A DNA stretch of 64,000 bases. Origin: Syncephalis fuscata S228. Its lineage: Eukaryota; Fungi; Zoopagomycota. The notes beneath the pieces were generated by a model that worked only from the letters and a program-made list of their open reading frames with translations, did not search any database and had not been told where the DNA came from. The position numbers and the translations under genes are program-made. Shown here piece by piece: positions 51,001-64,000 of this stretch; position 1 is the first letter of the stretch; the number at the start of each line of letters is the position of its first letter. The stretch covers positions 186,001 through 250,000 of the forward strand of contig JAHLTZ010000012.1 in assembly GCA_025786725.1 (NCBI GenBank). Direction: 5' to 3'.

Positions 51001-54000
51001 TGAACCACCACTCCCGCCTATACCATTAAGTAATAGTCTAGGATCACCTTCTGGACTAAGGAATGAAACCATTTCTTCAGTATTAGAAGAAAGTATCAGT
51101 AATACGATTGGTGAATCAATAGATTCAATTCAATGGACACCACCTCGATTAAGCCATGGATTAGTTTCATTCTTGCCTCAAAGCGATAATCATGATAGCA
51201 ATAACATGAATAATAGTAATTATTACACTAAAGATGGACCCCGTGAAGGTATTCACCATCCTCCAACCGATACTACTATTAATTCTACTACTATTAATAC
51301 AACAATAACTAATTCATCTTTAAATCGACAATTATTACCGGTATCTGAATATGTTACCGTATTGATTGATCTATTGACTAGAGAACGTGATTGGACACTT
51401 TATGAATCAGTATTGGGTCAATTTCTTATTCAATTGTGTAGTAAACATTTATTCTGTGGAGCAGTTGAACCATTAGAACAATTCAGATCATTTCTATGTC
51501 AACAAATTCGATCAGGTCGACTTGGTGAAACTGTGGGCAATTTACCAAATAATCTTCGACGGGCTGATGTATTTGTCTATGCCTATCGACTACTAACGGT
51601 GCTTATAAGCTATAAGCGCGTATTTACTAAACAGCAACAAGATGAAATGGTCGTTACTTTCTATACCGGCCTACAACGATGGTCACAAACGGCCCGTGGC
51701 TGTATCCACGCCCTATCCGTTTGTCTTTATGAACTGCCCCTTTCAATGACCAAGATGTTACCGAGTATTGTTGCTCAATTATCGCAGATTATGTCAACTC
51801 AGTCAGTGAGTGCGCATATTCTTGAATTTCTATCTACATTAAGTAGATTGCCACATTTATATGTCAATTTTGTGGAGAATGATTACAAAATGGTATTTGG
51901 TATTGCTCTGCAGTATATCAAGTATAATAATGCTACACTGGCGGCGGGTGAACAACCACGACCTGGTACCGGTCCATTAACGGGTGCCTCTACGGCTGTG
52001 GGACAACACGCCCTGGCTCAATACGTATTAGTACTGGCCTATAATGTTATTACCTTTTGGTTTGTTAGTCTACGATTGGCCGATCGACGTAAATTTGTAT
52101 CATTTATTGTACGTGGTCTACTACTTGCGAATGAACAGCCCGATAGACAGAAAGAAGGCGCCAACTTATCATTGGATGAACAAACGGAAACCTGTCTAGA
52201 TATGTTGGCCCGATACACGTATGCCAATTGTACACCTAGAGCAGAAAAGTCATTTATTAGTGAAGCACTGTTAGACACCAAACAATCTATATCGCGTACA
52301 TGGATTATGGGCAATGCACTTATTACGATTAAAGCAGCTCGATCTTCTGGATGGGCTCAAGTCATGGCCCGTCGACCCAGTGGTGTTGCTTCATTCCTCG
52401 TTAAATTAGAGAATCGACAAAAGGATGAACAACCAGATTTAGTATCGCTACCTGCGCTATTAATGGCTCACTGGGATCCAGATACTTATACAACGCTACT
52501 TGTTGGTGAACAAGATGAAGATAAAGAGACTAAGAAGGATGAAGTGGTGGATAGAGAGTCAACGATGGCCGGTATTAATCTATCTAAACTGAGTCAAATG
52601 GCCCGTCGTAGCGAATTACTAGGTGTAGAACTTGGACTGCGTTCCAGAGCCAATACTGTATCATCGATGACCAGTATTACACCTAAAGAAGAAGGAGAAG
52701 AAGAAGGAGAAGAAGAAGAAGGAGTAGAAGTAGAAGAAGATCATGATGATAGCAATAATAATACAAATACGATTACGCATAGTGACGATGAAGACGAAGA
52801 TGAAGAAGATGATATGTTAAAGGGATTGGGTATTCGAGGTGAACATGGCGACACTTTATTAGTAGATGAAGAGCCAGAACCATCTATTATATCATTAGAA
52901 TCAGATAGTCAAAGTGTTAATAAAGGATTGAATACAGCATCATCACCCACATCACGTAAAGATGCCAGATCAGTGGCAGCACAAGCCGTATTAGGTAGTT
53001 GGCAAAAGAAACAACAACAGCAACAACAACAATCATTAGTAACCACAGATACTGCTGATGACCGTATGATGCATAGTTGGAATGGATCTTATACAGCACC
53101 TTCATCTAGAGCAGGTTCATTAACTGAATCTACCCTAGTACCAACATCCAATATAGGATTAAGAAAGCGATCGGTAGTATCGGCCATTCTAGGCATGCAA
53201 GATACCATTCCTATGTCACTACCACCCACACCGATGCTCTATAATGGATCCAATACCAATATTGCCAACACTAATGGTCAACCAATTCGATCTATGGGTT
53301 CACCAATGATCGGTAATGGTCCTATTAGCAATAGTGCTTCTACTTCTATTTCACGTACAACTAGAAAGGCCGATCCTTATTTAGATCCTGCCTATTTGTT
53401 TATCCAACTATCAAGCTATCCTGACTTAAATGCCACTAATATGCCACTTCCCTTGCCAGATGACGATGCCACCCAACGATCGATTAACATATTGGATCGG
53501 ACACCTGTCGTGGATTTCCATAAAGTAGGGGTTATTTATGTGGCACCTGGTCAATCCACCGAAGAAGCCATTCTTGGTAATCGAGTAGGATCATCGCGTT
53601 ATTCGCGTTTTCTTAATGGATTAGGTGAATTGATTCGACTAAAGAACTGTAAAGATGTTTATACCGGTGGATTGGATACGGAAATGGATCTTGACGGTGC
53701 CTATACGTATTATTGGAAAGAGGCGACAACACAGCTTATATTCCATGTCCCTACACTGATGCCCACTCAATTAGAACGGGATCCACGATCGACGGGCAAG
53801 AAGAGACATATCGGCAATGATTTCGTATCTATTATCTACAATGAATCTGGTCTACCCTATGCTTTTGATACACTACCGAGTCAATTTAACTTTGTACAAA
53901 TCATTATTACCCCACTGATGGATCGTGATTCGGGTGGTCGATCGACACGGGCAGGCCCACTTTGGACGACCGATCCACGCCAGTTAACTTCACCAGAAAC

Positions 54001-54540
54001 GGCGTATTACCGAGTACATACGCAGTGTCGACCTGATATGCCGGATATTAGTCCTATTGAAGAACCAAAAGTGGTTACCCATGCAGTATTGCCTGCTTTT
54101 GTTCGACAAATTGCCCTTCATACAAATATCTATGCCCAAGTATTCTTGCAAAGTAGTTCATCCGGTGGCAGTATAGAGTACATCGCTAATTGGAAAGAGC
54201 GATTACGTCAAATTAAACGAGTAAGAGATAGAGTAGCTACGGCAACAGCAACAGCAACAGCAACAGCTACTACTACTACTACTACTACAGCAACAGCAAC
54301 AGCAACAGCCACAAGTAGTGCATCACAACAACCACCCCACCACATGTATCTGGTAATAATAATAGTAATGGATTGTTACAAGATCCACATTTACAATATC
54401 ATCAACGACAACGTTCTTCATCAATGGAATCATCCATAAATACACCAACTCATGTCAGTCATCTCTATGCCAATAATCAATCAACAGATGAATCTGGTGT
54501 AAGATTAGAACAAGTCATTGATTTTACACGATTTACTTAA
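48014..54540 (+). CDS. TSC2: Tuberin (TSC2), Rheb GAP; apparently intronless
   Basis: LLRGAVFFLGM, CIHALSVCLYELP, HILEFLSTLSRLPHLY, HKVGVIYV, YTGGLD, KKRHIGNDFV. The conserved-looking end IDFTRFT* at 54540 is in another frame (shift near ~54340). Confidence 0.95.
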
Positions 54541-54705
54541 AAAGTATTGGGAAAAGTAATACAAAAGCCAATCTACGTATCATTATCGTCATTATTATTA
54601 TTGTTATCTTGTCGCTCTTTATTATTTTTGTTTTATTCGTTTGTGTTTGTTTGTATTAGATTCTAAAATAAATGGGCTATTTTATTTTAATATATTTATT
54701 TAATA

Positions 54706-56632
54706 TTATTCATTAGTGAATAATGGAAGGGCAATATGATTCCAATTCTCTGTCCATCGATATTGATGGGCTTTTGTAATATTATTATGCATTCTTTGTA
54801 ATTGATCTTGTTGTTGAGGGAAACCCGTCAATAATGTCTATATTATTACGATTATTAATACAACTATTAATACCGTTAATATAGATGAATTACCTCCAAG
54901 TGATCGGCCAATTCTGTACTAGTGTCAAATAGTAATCCTGTACTATTAGGTAATACCAATTCATCAATACTAGTTCACAGTTAGTATCTATTAGCTAATT
55001 ATTACTAAAGTGTAATTACCAGGCAAATTTAAGAGCACACACAGGTAATCCACAACCAAACATATCGACTACCTTCATTGGCAAGTCAAGACCAGAGGAT
55101 GAAGCGTGTAGCGATATACCAAGATCTGCCGATCCTATACAAATATATTAGCCATTTATTTATTATAATAACGATAATGATGTTTGTACTTACCGAGTAG
55201 ACGGGGATAGTCTTCGATGGTTAACCAGACAGTAGCAATACGTACATGTCTAAGAGGCATGGCTTTTATAATTGCTTCATAATGTTCTTTTAACGGTCCT
55301 TTACCCGTAATCATCATGACTAGTGGGGGTAATTGGGTGGTTGGTGTAGATTTCATATCCACACGTTGATCATAATCACTGATGGCTTCAAGTAATAGGT
55401 CAAAATCTTCATCAGCAGTCCAACTAGTAGCGGTTACTAGTAATGCCGGTCTATTAGATCGTTCAATAGGCGATGATTCAGCATCTGTCATAGTCCATAA
55501 TGTTTTATGTTTCTCATCTTCATCTATCATTAGCGTTGACATCTCTGTATTCGTATTAGAGGGCGCAATAAATAGATTTGATAGTTTTAACCGTAATAAT
55601 AGCTATATTTACTATTAATAACCTATATCTCTATAGTAAATACTTTACCTTATGTTTATCTTCAATACTTAATCGATGGAATTGATCGGGTGCTCTATCA
55701 TATAACGTGTAAATAGGGCCACTATAAATGGTTCATTTAATAATAAGTCTATTTGAATCAACCATACTGCTATAAATCATACCGAATACGCCACTCATTG
55801 CGTAATTTAGTGGCCATGGCTTCAGTAACACATAGATGGGCATAGGCGTGTCCACCAAAGATACGCTCATACCTATATAGATTAGCACATCTATATACAT
55901 TTATAGGTATATGTACTGAATACTATTTACCATTCAGCTAGTCGAACTACGGGATGTTGAGCACCAAGATTCAATCCAAGAATAGTATATCCAAAATTAT
56001 GCCAGTCAATAATAAGACGTGAATAGCGTAGATAGGCAACTAGACGAGCAATAGCAAGTAGTGGAATAGCCGGTGGATTCTATTAAATATAAGCTTTGTT
56101 AATAATAACAATAATAATAATCGATCATATAGTTAAAGACGTGTATTTACTTGAATAAGTATAGTGTTAGGGCGTGGTGTTAGTACTAACATAGTATGTA
56201 TTAGTATGAATATTTGATATAGAATCTTAAATGGTGCATAAAGTAGAAATAGTAACTTTGGTGTACCAGTTGGCAATCGAGGAGGCGATACAAGATAATG
56301 ACATTGAACAAGAGGTGAATCAATAAGTAATTGAAAGGCTGTGCACCTAATAACATTGATATCCATTAGTAACACATATATAATATACAGATGTAGATAT
56401 ATAGATACTTACCAGAATATCCAATGATGTCTACGTGATAGCCATGTCCAATAAGTGAACGCGCGTGATATTGCATACGTGGCGAGTGACCAATATCACC
56501 TAGGACAACTATCATAATTCGCTTTGAATTGTCATGACGAGTATTACGTGCTTTAACTCTTATAGCCTTAACTACTACGACAAACAGTATCAATAGTAGA
56601 AGTAGCAGTAACAATAGTGTAGTTAGTAACAT
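54706..56632 (-). CDS. ALG1: Chitobiosyldiphosphodolichol beta-mannosyltransferase
   Basis: [71 protein letters not shown]. Confidence 0.97.
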
Positions 56633-56740
56633 GATGACTATATTTAATAAACAGAATAAAATGAAAAGACTTTCCTAGTAGATTCATTTCCCTTACTTTT
56701 AACTTTCTATCCACTCCAACTGAAACCATATTGAACAACA

Positions 56741-58364
56741 ATGCAAGATAACCATACTAGCCATAATAATCAGTTTATTACTAAAAGGAAACTAGCTCAA
56801 GCGATAAGTGCATTGGATGAACAGACAACCACAACTATTACGTCTAAGAAGCCGTTAACACTACGTAGTGTTGTGCAATTCGGTGCTAGGTAATAGTTGA
56901 TATAGATATAGATATAGATATAGATATAGATATAGATATATAATATATAATATATTAACAATAAAGTGGTTTATAGTGTATCGTCACCGTTGTCACCAGT
57001 TACTAGAACAATTGGGTCAAGGGAAGAAGAAGGGGCTCTTGGACCGTATCGACCATGGAGTAGAGTTGATCTATTAAAACGACTTGCTTCCTATAAGATA
57101 TCCATTTTATAATAACTATTTAACTACTTGTATTATATTTACATTATATACTTAACCTGGTAATCAATAGTACGTGGCCACTTGGTTTGATAAACCTGAA
57201 GCACTAAGTCCAGTGGTATGTGCCCGCTATGGATGGATTAATGAAAAGGCCGATCTGCTCGCTTGTCCCACATGTCATGGTCGACTTATTGTGGATCTTG
57301 GTAGTGCAGTGGCCGATACATCCGAATACAGTAAGTCAATTAACAATATATATATATATATTCGTTCTATTTAATTAATAGGTAATGGATAGATGAACTG
57401 TTACATAGTTATCAGTTACAGTTATTAACCGCACATAAAACAGTATGTCCATGGCATGAAAGACCCTGTGACAGTAAGTAGGAATGATACAGTCGACGAT
57501 TAATACTAATAGTCATATGTTTAATGTTAGAAACGGTTTATCGATTTCCTATTCAATCACGTTCTATGAATGAATCGGCTCTTAAAGAACGTATAAATAG
57601 CATTGTTCCATTAAGTGATCAATTACCAGTTATTACCGTTGAAGCAGTAAGTATAGTTAGTTACTAACTAGTCACTACTAATAGATTGTATTAAACGCCT
57701 ATTTTATGTAGTTGGTATCCGTTATGCCTTTATTGTTAGAATGGACAGCCACATTGCCGTCTATAGCATCACTGGATACAACACATCAATCAAGTATTGT
57801 AGCATTGGCCATTTATGGATGGAGGGCAGATAATACGATAAAGACATTAACCCTTTGTTGTGATTTATGTTATCAAAAGATAGATCCTCGTTTATACACC
57901 ACACCAATTGAATCTATCGATGAAAGCGATATTGATAATGATGATAGATTATTACAATGTGATCCTTTAAGTGAACATCGATGGTATTGTCCATGGATTC
58001 AAAAGGAAATTAATGCCTCTATATTGAATTCAACAACAACAACATCTGCATCTACATCTACATCTACATCTACAGCTTTAATGACAGGATGGGAATATGT
58101 TGTACGTGATGTATGTACATTAATTAAAGAGAGAAATAATACACAAGCCTCATTAAAACAAGATACAACATCAATTACTGTAAGTGATCATTATTATTGT
58201 TGTTATTAAACAGAGTTAACATTTAATTACTTTATGATTATATTTATTGTTGATCATATGGTTATTGATATGACTAGGCAATGGTATCACCTGCTGATGC
58301 ATTGGCCTATGTACGTGGACTACTTTGTGTGTCATCGGTTAAACGATCACCTGTATTGAAATAA
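56741..58364 (+). CDS. zf-C3HC/Rsm1-like protein (NIPA/ZC3HC1/Pml39 family)
   Basis: YRPWSRVDLLKRLASY, WFDKPEALSPVVCARYGW, CPTC..AHKTVCPW, CDLC..EHRWYCPW. Confidence 0.88.
56899..56940. repeat. (GATATA)n intronic microsatellite
   Basis: Direct reading. Confidence 0.9.
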
Positions 58365-58378
58365 AGTGTCGTTTTTTA

Positions 58379-59548
58379 TTACTCTAATGGAATCCATTCC
58401 TTTGGTTGACGTAGTACTTCCATCAGTTGGGCCTCGTTACTATTAGGTGCGGGTATATGTTGATACTGCCAACGAGCAGTTAATGGCAGCGACATAAGAA
58501 TACTCTCGATACGTGGACCAGGTGTCACTAGACCGAATTTAGTACCACGATCATGTACTAGATTGAATTCAACATAGCGACCACGACGTAATTGTTGCCA
58601 CTGCTTCTCCTCCGCGGTATATGGTTCATCTGCGCGTCGTTTAAGAATAGGTAGATAGGAACGAAGGAAGCTACGACCTGCATCCTGAACAAATGCAAAA
58701 CCTTCTTCAGGTGTGCATGCATTCAAGTCATCAAAGAAGATGCCACCCACACCACGGCGTTCACCACGATGCTTCACGTTAAAGTAGTCGTCGCACCATA
58801 GCTTGTACTTGCGATAACTGGCGGCCACTGGATGTCGATGGCATACATCCTTTAGTGTTTGATGGAAATGCTTAACATCATCGGGATAGAGATAGGAGGG
58901 TGTTAGGTCACAGCCACCGCCGAACCACCACACGGGTGGTGCATCTTTGCCAGATTGCTCTATTTCAAAGTAGCGATAATTGGCATGTACCGTGGGGGCC
59001 TTTGGATTATGTGGATGCAGTACGAGTGAGATGCCCGCAACAAAGAATGGATACGGTGCATTCGTTGGATCTAAGTCTTTATGGTCGGTGCGCATTTGGC
59101 GTACAGCTGCTTCGGGTAGCTCGCCATGCACCACCGATATGTTAACACCGGCCTTTTCAAATAGACGGCCTCCCTGCATGACACAGGAAATGCCTTGACC
59201 GCCTTCATCGCGTTGCCACGACTCAATGTTGAATGGTGTACCGTCAAGTGTCGATAACTCAGTGACAATTTGTCGTTGCAATTCAAGCACAAAGCGTTGC
59301 ATTCTATCGCGCATAGGCATCGGTCCTTGTTTGGTTAACTCGGCAGGTAGGGGTGGAAAATCTGCTTCCACCTAAATACAGCATTAGTAGATTAAATGGA
59401 TTTATATGAATGGCTTACAGTTGGTTTGCCCTTGGTTTGTGTCAAGGTATTGCCATCCAGTATAGATTGTTCGGGTGGACCAACTGCTAGTTTATCCTAA
59501 ATCATTGTCAATTAAATTGTATTTTTAATATATTATATAACTACAAAC

Positions 59549-59582
<34 letters not shown>

Positions 59583-59891
59583 ATAGCTTACTTTAGCTTC
59601 ATGTTGTAGTCGTTTGCCGCGACGATAACTAACAAGGCCACCTACAGCTAATAGTGCGCTGATACCGAGTATAATTTTATTACGATTCGTTTCTGGCGTG
59701 GCTCGTCCAAATTCCGACGTTGTTCCTGTTGAATAACACGGGCCCGTGCGTAGTATCGCGGCTGGTCTACAATAAATAATAGGAATGATGAGTTTAAGTG
59801 TATAAATAACGGTTAGGTGCCCCTACTTTAGTGTCGCTACACGGCCCGTTAAACGGCTAGCCGTAGTCTTTGTAGCAAGGCGTGAAAACAT
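58379..59891 (-). CDS. HEM13: Coproporphyrinogen III oxidase (aerobic)
   Basis: FEKAGVNIS, PTVHANYRYFE, WWFGGGCDLTP, RGVGGIFFDD, RRGRYVEFNLVHDRGTKFGL; upstream exons start MFSRLATK. Confidence 0.97.
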
Positions 59892-60843
59892 AGTTGAATA
59901 GATAGAAAGAAAGCGTATTAAAACTAATTAATTTGTCCACGTCAATGCAGTTATGCCTTTATCGGTTGCTGTTTATAACCAACTTAGTTACACGTGCGAT
60001 TGTCCTAATAAATGGCGATGATAATGATGATGATTTGCATAAATATAATTTAAAAGGCCGGATCGGCCCGAAATCAAATGAATATAAGATTGCGTATTAA
60101 TATTTATGTTTAACAACAGTATTGTTGTATAATGCTGACAATATACTTTGAATTATAATTCGTTATAACTATACTTTTCTATTACATTACAACACATCTT
60201 AGCAATGCAATCAGTTTAAAAAATTAATTAAATATGGCTGGTTTGTAATGATTTTTAGTAGCATATTATTATATAGATTAATGTTGTTTAAATGATAAGC
60301 TGTCGGGCTCGTTAGGCCAGTAGAACGATGAAAGCGTGTCGACTGGTGAGTTGGATAACGCGCACTCAATAGTAATGACTATTACTTGCTCTCCGTTAAA
60401 CTCGATAATACTATCGACTGTATACAACCAAGTAAATTGCTTGCTAAATTGATAGTGAGTGTTAGATAACGGTATAAATGAAAGTAAAGAGCCAGACTGA
60501 CAGAGGCAAAGGAAACACTGTAGCTTTTGACCCTCCAAATGGGTGCAATTGTGGGACATTTTCCAAATAGAGCGATCAATGATCACCGTCCCATTGATTG
60601 ATTCCGATCCTCTACTACTATGGCCTAACTACTGTAACGCACAATTGCACATTTTAAGCTATTTATTATAAATAATTTCGTATTTCGTATGATTTGTGTG
60701 GTGACGACAAATCTGCAATGCTCGACTAGTGTTTGCATCATAAAGACGAAAAGGGGTATTATAGCGTAACAATCAAGATTTGACGAATCTTAAATAAAAC
60801 TGGATACAAATAAACTATACATATTAATAACAATGATCTATAA

Positions 60844-62858
60844 TTAAAACGGTACTGAGGATAAATGACCAATAATATTTCGCTCCTGTAGTAGTCGGGG
60901 CGGCGATACTTTGGTTAGCAGCTGCCTTGTTGGCTGTCCGGCAGTCGGGTGGGCAGTTGCAGCTATTCTATCATAATGATCAATGGGTACCGAGTTTTGC
61001 ATAATTAAATGGTCGTATTTGGCCGGGTAACTGGCGGCTGTCGTGGCAACTGATGTATTTATAAATAAATCTTGTGACGCACGCGGTATGGCTAATTCGC
61101 GACCTTGATGAAATGGGACATGGGATTGTGGTCTAAATCCCAAGGAAGTGGTGGTGGCGGTAGTGTTTGCTGTTGTTGCTGCTGCTGTTGTTGTTGTTGT
61201 ATGGGCTGATTCGCTAAATAGAAACGATTTGTTTCGTGATGCGTGCTGCGAATGATCATACGATGGCCAGTCACCAAGATAGAGGGATGATATGGGAGGT
61301 AGACGGGTGGCGGTGCACGCAAAACTTGCAGCTGGTTTATGTGTAGCGCAGGAACCACACTTGCCAACACTATCAAATGTGCACGATGGAGTATAATCGC
61401 GCGTGGAAGCGGCGGTATTGGTTAACGATGCACCACTCGTCGTTTGTGTATTAATTCTTGGAAGGCGAATTGACGCAGTATCATGGTGTACCGATGCATC
61501 TCTCCAGTTTTCATTGTCTTTTATTTTAGCTTCTTGCTGATTAGCAAAATAGATATTTCTAGTCGGTAGTTCAGGTTCTCGTTTTGTTTCTAGACGAGCT
61601 CGTTTAGCATAGTTGTTTGTATTTACAGGCGATGTTTGCTCAAATGAACGTTTAGACAAGAATACGGGTGCAGTATATGATTCTGTATATTTTGTAGGTA
61701 GAGAAGATAACAAGCCTTGGTAGTAGGCAACAATTTATCATCGGCAAAAGTATGGCTTGCTGGCTGCGTATAATGGATGGGAGAAGTGGCGATAGGTGAT
61801 GTATCTCGGCTGCTTAGCAACATGGAAGTTGCAATGCTTGAACTGGATCGATTAATATCGGCCGGTATTCCCGATGGCGCCAATAAATAGCGACCCGGCA
61901 ATAAACGGGGATTATTATTGATTTCAGTTTTTAGTGGTAATTGGCTAGTTATTAAATTATAAAAATCATTAGTAGGCTTTATACTGATTATAAAATAAAA
62001 GTGCCTACTTTTCTGTTTGTTGGCTATTTCTTAAACGTATTTTTACACCTTGACTAACAAAGATACGTGACAACATAGTCGATTCTAAAGAACAATAAAT
62101 CTACTAGCTAAATGGCCAATGCTATTGCTTACCTAAGACGCCAGGAAATAATCTTGCCGAATAAACGGTAAATGGATTTGATACGGTGGATTTTAACCAT
62201 TTTACCATAGTGCTAGTGATTTTTTTGTCTATTAGTAAACTTACTGCTAACCACCATTTTACTTACCCTACACGTTCATACAAAAGAAAATGAATGCAAA
62301 ACATGCCTGGCCGTTTAACGCCTAGATCGGGAAAGATAAAGAATATGTGTCGTTCCTCAGACTCTTCAGAACTACGAAGCAAATAAGCAGCGGAGGCCCA
62401 AGTGCCAACTGCCGTGCTCGTGTGCGTTGTTGTATCTCTATGTGCGCCATTCATAGCATTGGGTTGTTTGTTTTTCAACTCTAACGCAGACGAATGATCC
62501 CAACTCGATGCAGGCATTAGCACGGCAAGAGCGATATACTTAGTACAGTCTTCGGCGACGGGTGTTGTCGATGATAATTGTAGTTTTAACACAGGTGGCG
62601 GATCGACCGCACGACGCTCAGCTATAGTTACACATAACATTGAACGACCATAATAACCATGTTACACAATAAAAGCTTAAGTAGTTACAAAATAACGATA
62701 GTAGATTGTGACTTACTTGCATCTTTGCTATTGGCAGCACGGGCACGCTGTGGCTGTTGGAAAACGACAAAATTGTCGTTATCATTGCGCTCTATCATTT
62801 TTGGCGCGGTAAAATAAGGTCGTGTCGATAATTCTTCGACACGTGAGCGGAGCGACAT
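60844..62858 (-). CDS. Velvet-domain regulator (multi-exon)
   Basis: QQPQRARA, ERRAVDPPPVLKL, FFIFPDLGVKRPG, SNPFTVYSARLFPG, STMLSRIFVSQGVKIRLR. Confidence 0.9.
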
Positions 62859-64000
62859 GATGAGCCCAAGCAAACAAACGGTTTATCAAGAAAGAGCGAG
62901 CGCGAGTGGGTGAGAATGCGTGGTTTTTACAGCATGAATACGATACGAACAAGATTAATAAATTGCTTGGTGAGACAGAGTGCGGATTAACGGTAATAAA
63001 CAAATGTGATAATTGGCATAAGTGTACGTGGTATATACAAAAAGACATGATTCGCAGCTCATTGTTTTGGTTTAAATGGAGACTGGTATGCAGATGTGCG
63101 TACGTGGTATGTAGTCTATACGAGTGGCCATGCCATCTTGTGTTGTGGTCTATCTTCGTCCATCATTAGAGCTTTGCCCTCGCCCCTTTTCCATTGGCCT
63201 GCGTGTTTGCTCGGCCACGAGGCAACGATAACAGGGAAAAGGAGAATTTGGTCCAAACATGGTGGCCACTAAAAGGAGATGTTAATTACGCGCGCGCGCG
63301 CGGGGTGAGCGGACAAGGCCTGACCCAGCGGTAGATGGGCAAGGTGCGTTGTCATTGGCTCTAGTTCCAAAGTCACAAATTTACTTTCATTTATTTGCTA
63401 TTCATGTCTAATGTGCAACGACGACTCAGCCGACAAGCAACATATGCAGCGATCTATTTCACGGCGGATGCGGCGATGATCCAGTCTCCTCCTCTTCTTT
63501 CCCCTCTTTCTTTTCCTCCTCGTCTTCTTCTTTTTTCTTCCTCCTCGTCGCCGGTGTTACCATCGTTCTCCTCGTCCTCGTCCTCGTCCTCCTCATCCTT
63601 CTATTAATTCTACTCCTTCTCCTTCTCTTTGCTAGAGATCCGGATGGTATTATCCGGTGTTGCACGTGTGTATTTGGTTACTATGTGCATTATGATTGTA
63701 CCATTGTATCCAACAATAATAACAATAATAGTATAGTAATGATAACAACAACAATATAGTAACAATAACGGTAATAACAATAATGGTTGTAATAATGGTT
63801 GTAATAACAATAAGGATGGTAATGATAAATAAACAAACAACAATAATGACTAATAATAATAAATATTACTAATGATAATTGGTATGAAATATACCTTTCT
63901 GGATATCGTTGTTATTGTGTTATATTTCATGGTGGATGGACATTGATGATCAATAACGTAAGCAACATACCATCATTTATATGAGTATGTAATTTTATTA

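Noticed and set aside
63395-64000. Acidic/basic low-complexity ORFs at the window end
   Set aside because: No consistent reading frame or motif could be established; may be part of a gene beyond the window.

Overview
AT-rich, intron-containing fungal DNA. Short GT-AG introns with CTAAC-like branch points, a velvet gene and secreted kinase-like genes suggest an early-diverging fungus, possibly a Syncephalis-like zoopagalean parasite (inference). Housekeeping genes: GPI7/PIGG, YOS1, RSE1/SF3B3, MED7, a CNNM/MAM3-type transporter, an LDAH-like hydrolase, a GEMIN8-like protein, a two-finger GATA factor, TSC2, ALG1, a NIPA/Rsm1-like protein, HEM13 and a velvet regulator. Between them lie a young Ty3/Gypsy element with apparently identical LTRs, a MITE family and three secreted (pseudo)kinase-like genes. 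The most notable signal is a set of four degenerate Fanzor/TnpB-like (eukaryotic OMEGA nuclease) elements, barely visible in the ORF track, at about 1225-1911, 7284-8018, 24041-24810 and 25212-25974. They belong to two protein subfamilies, one split by a spliceosomal intron. They share inverted or palindromic termini, and three share a conserved ~200-nt non-coding 3' module that is a candidate omegaRNA. Several single-base frameshifts in essential genes look like assembly errors.
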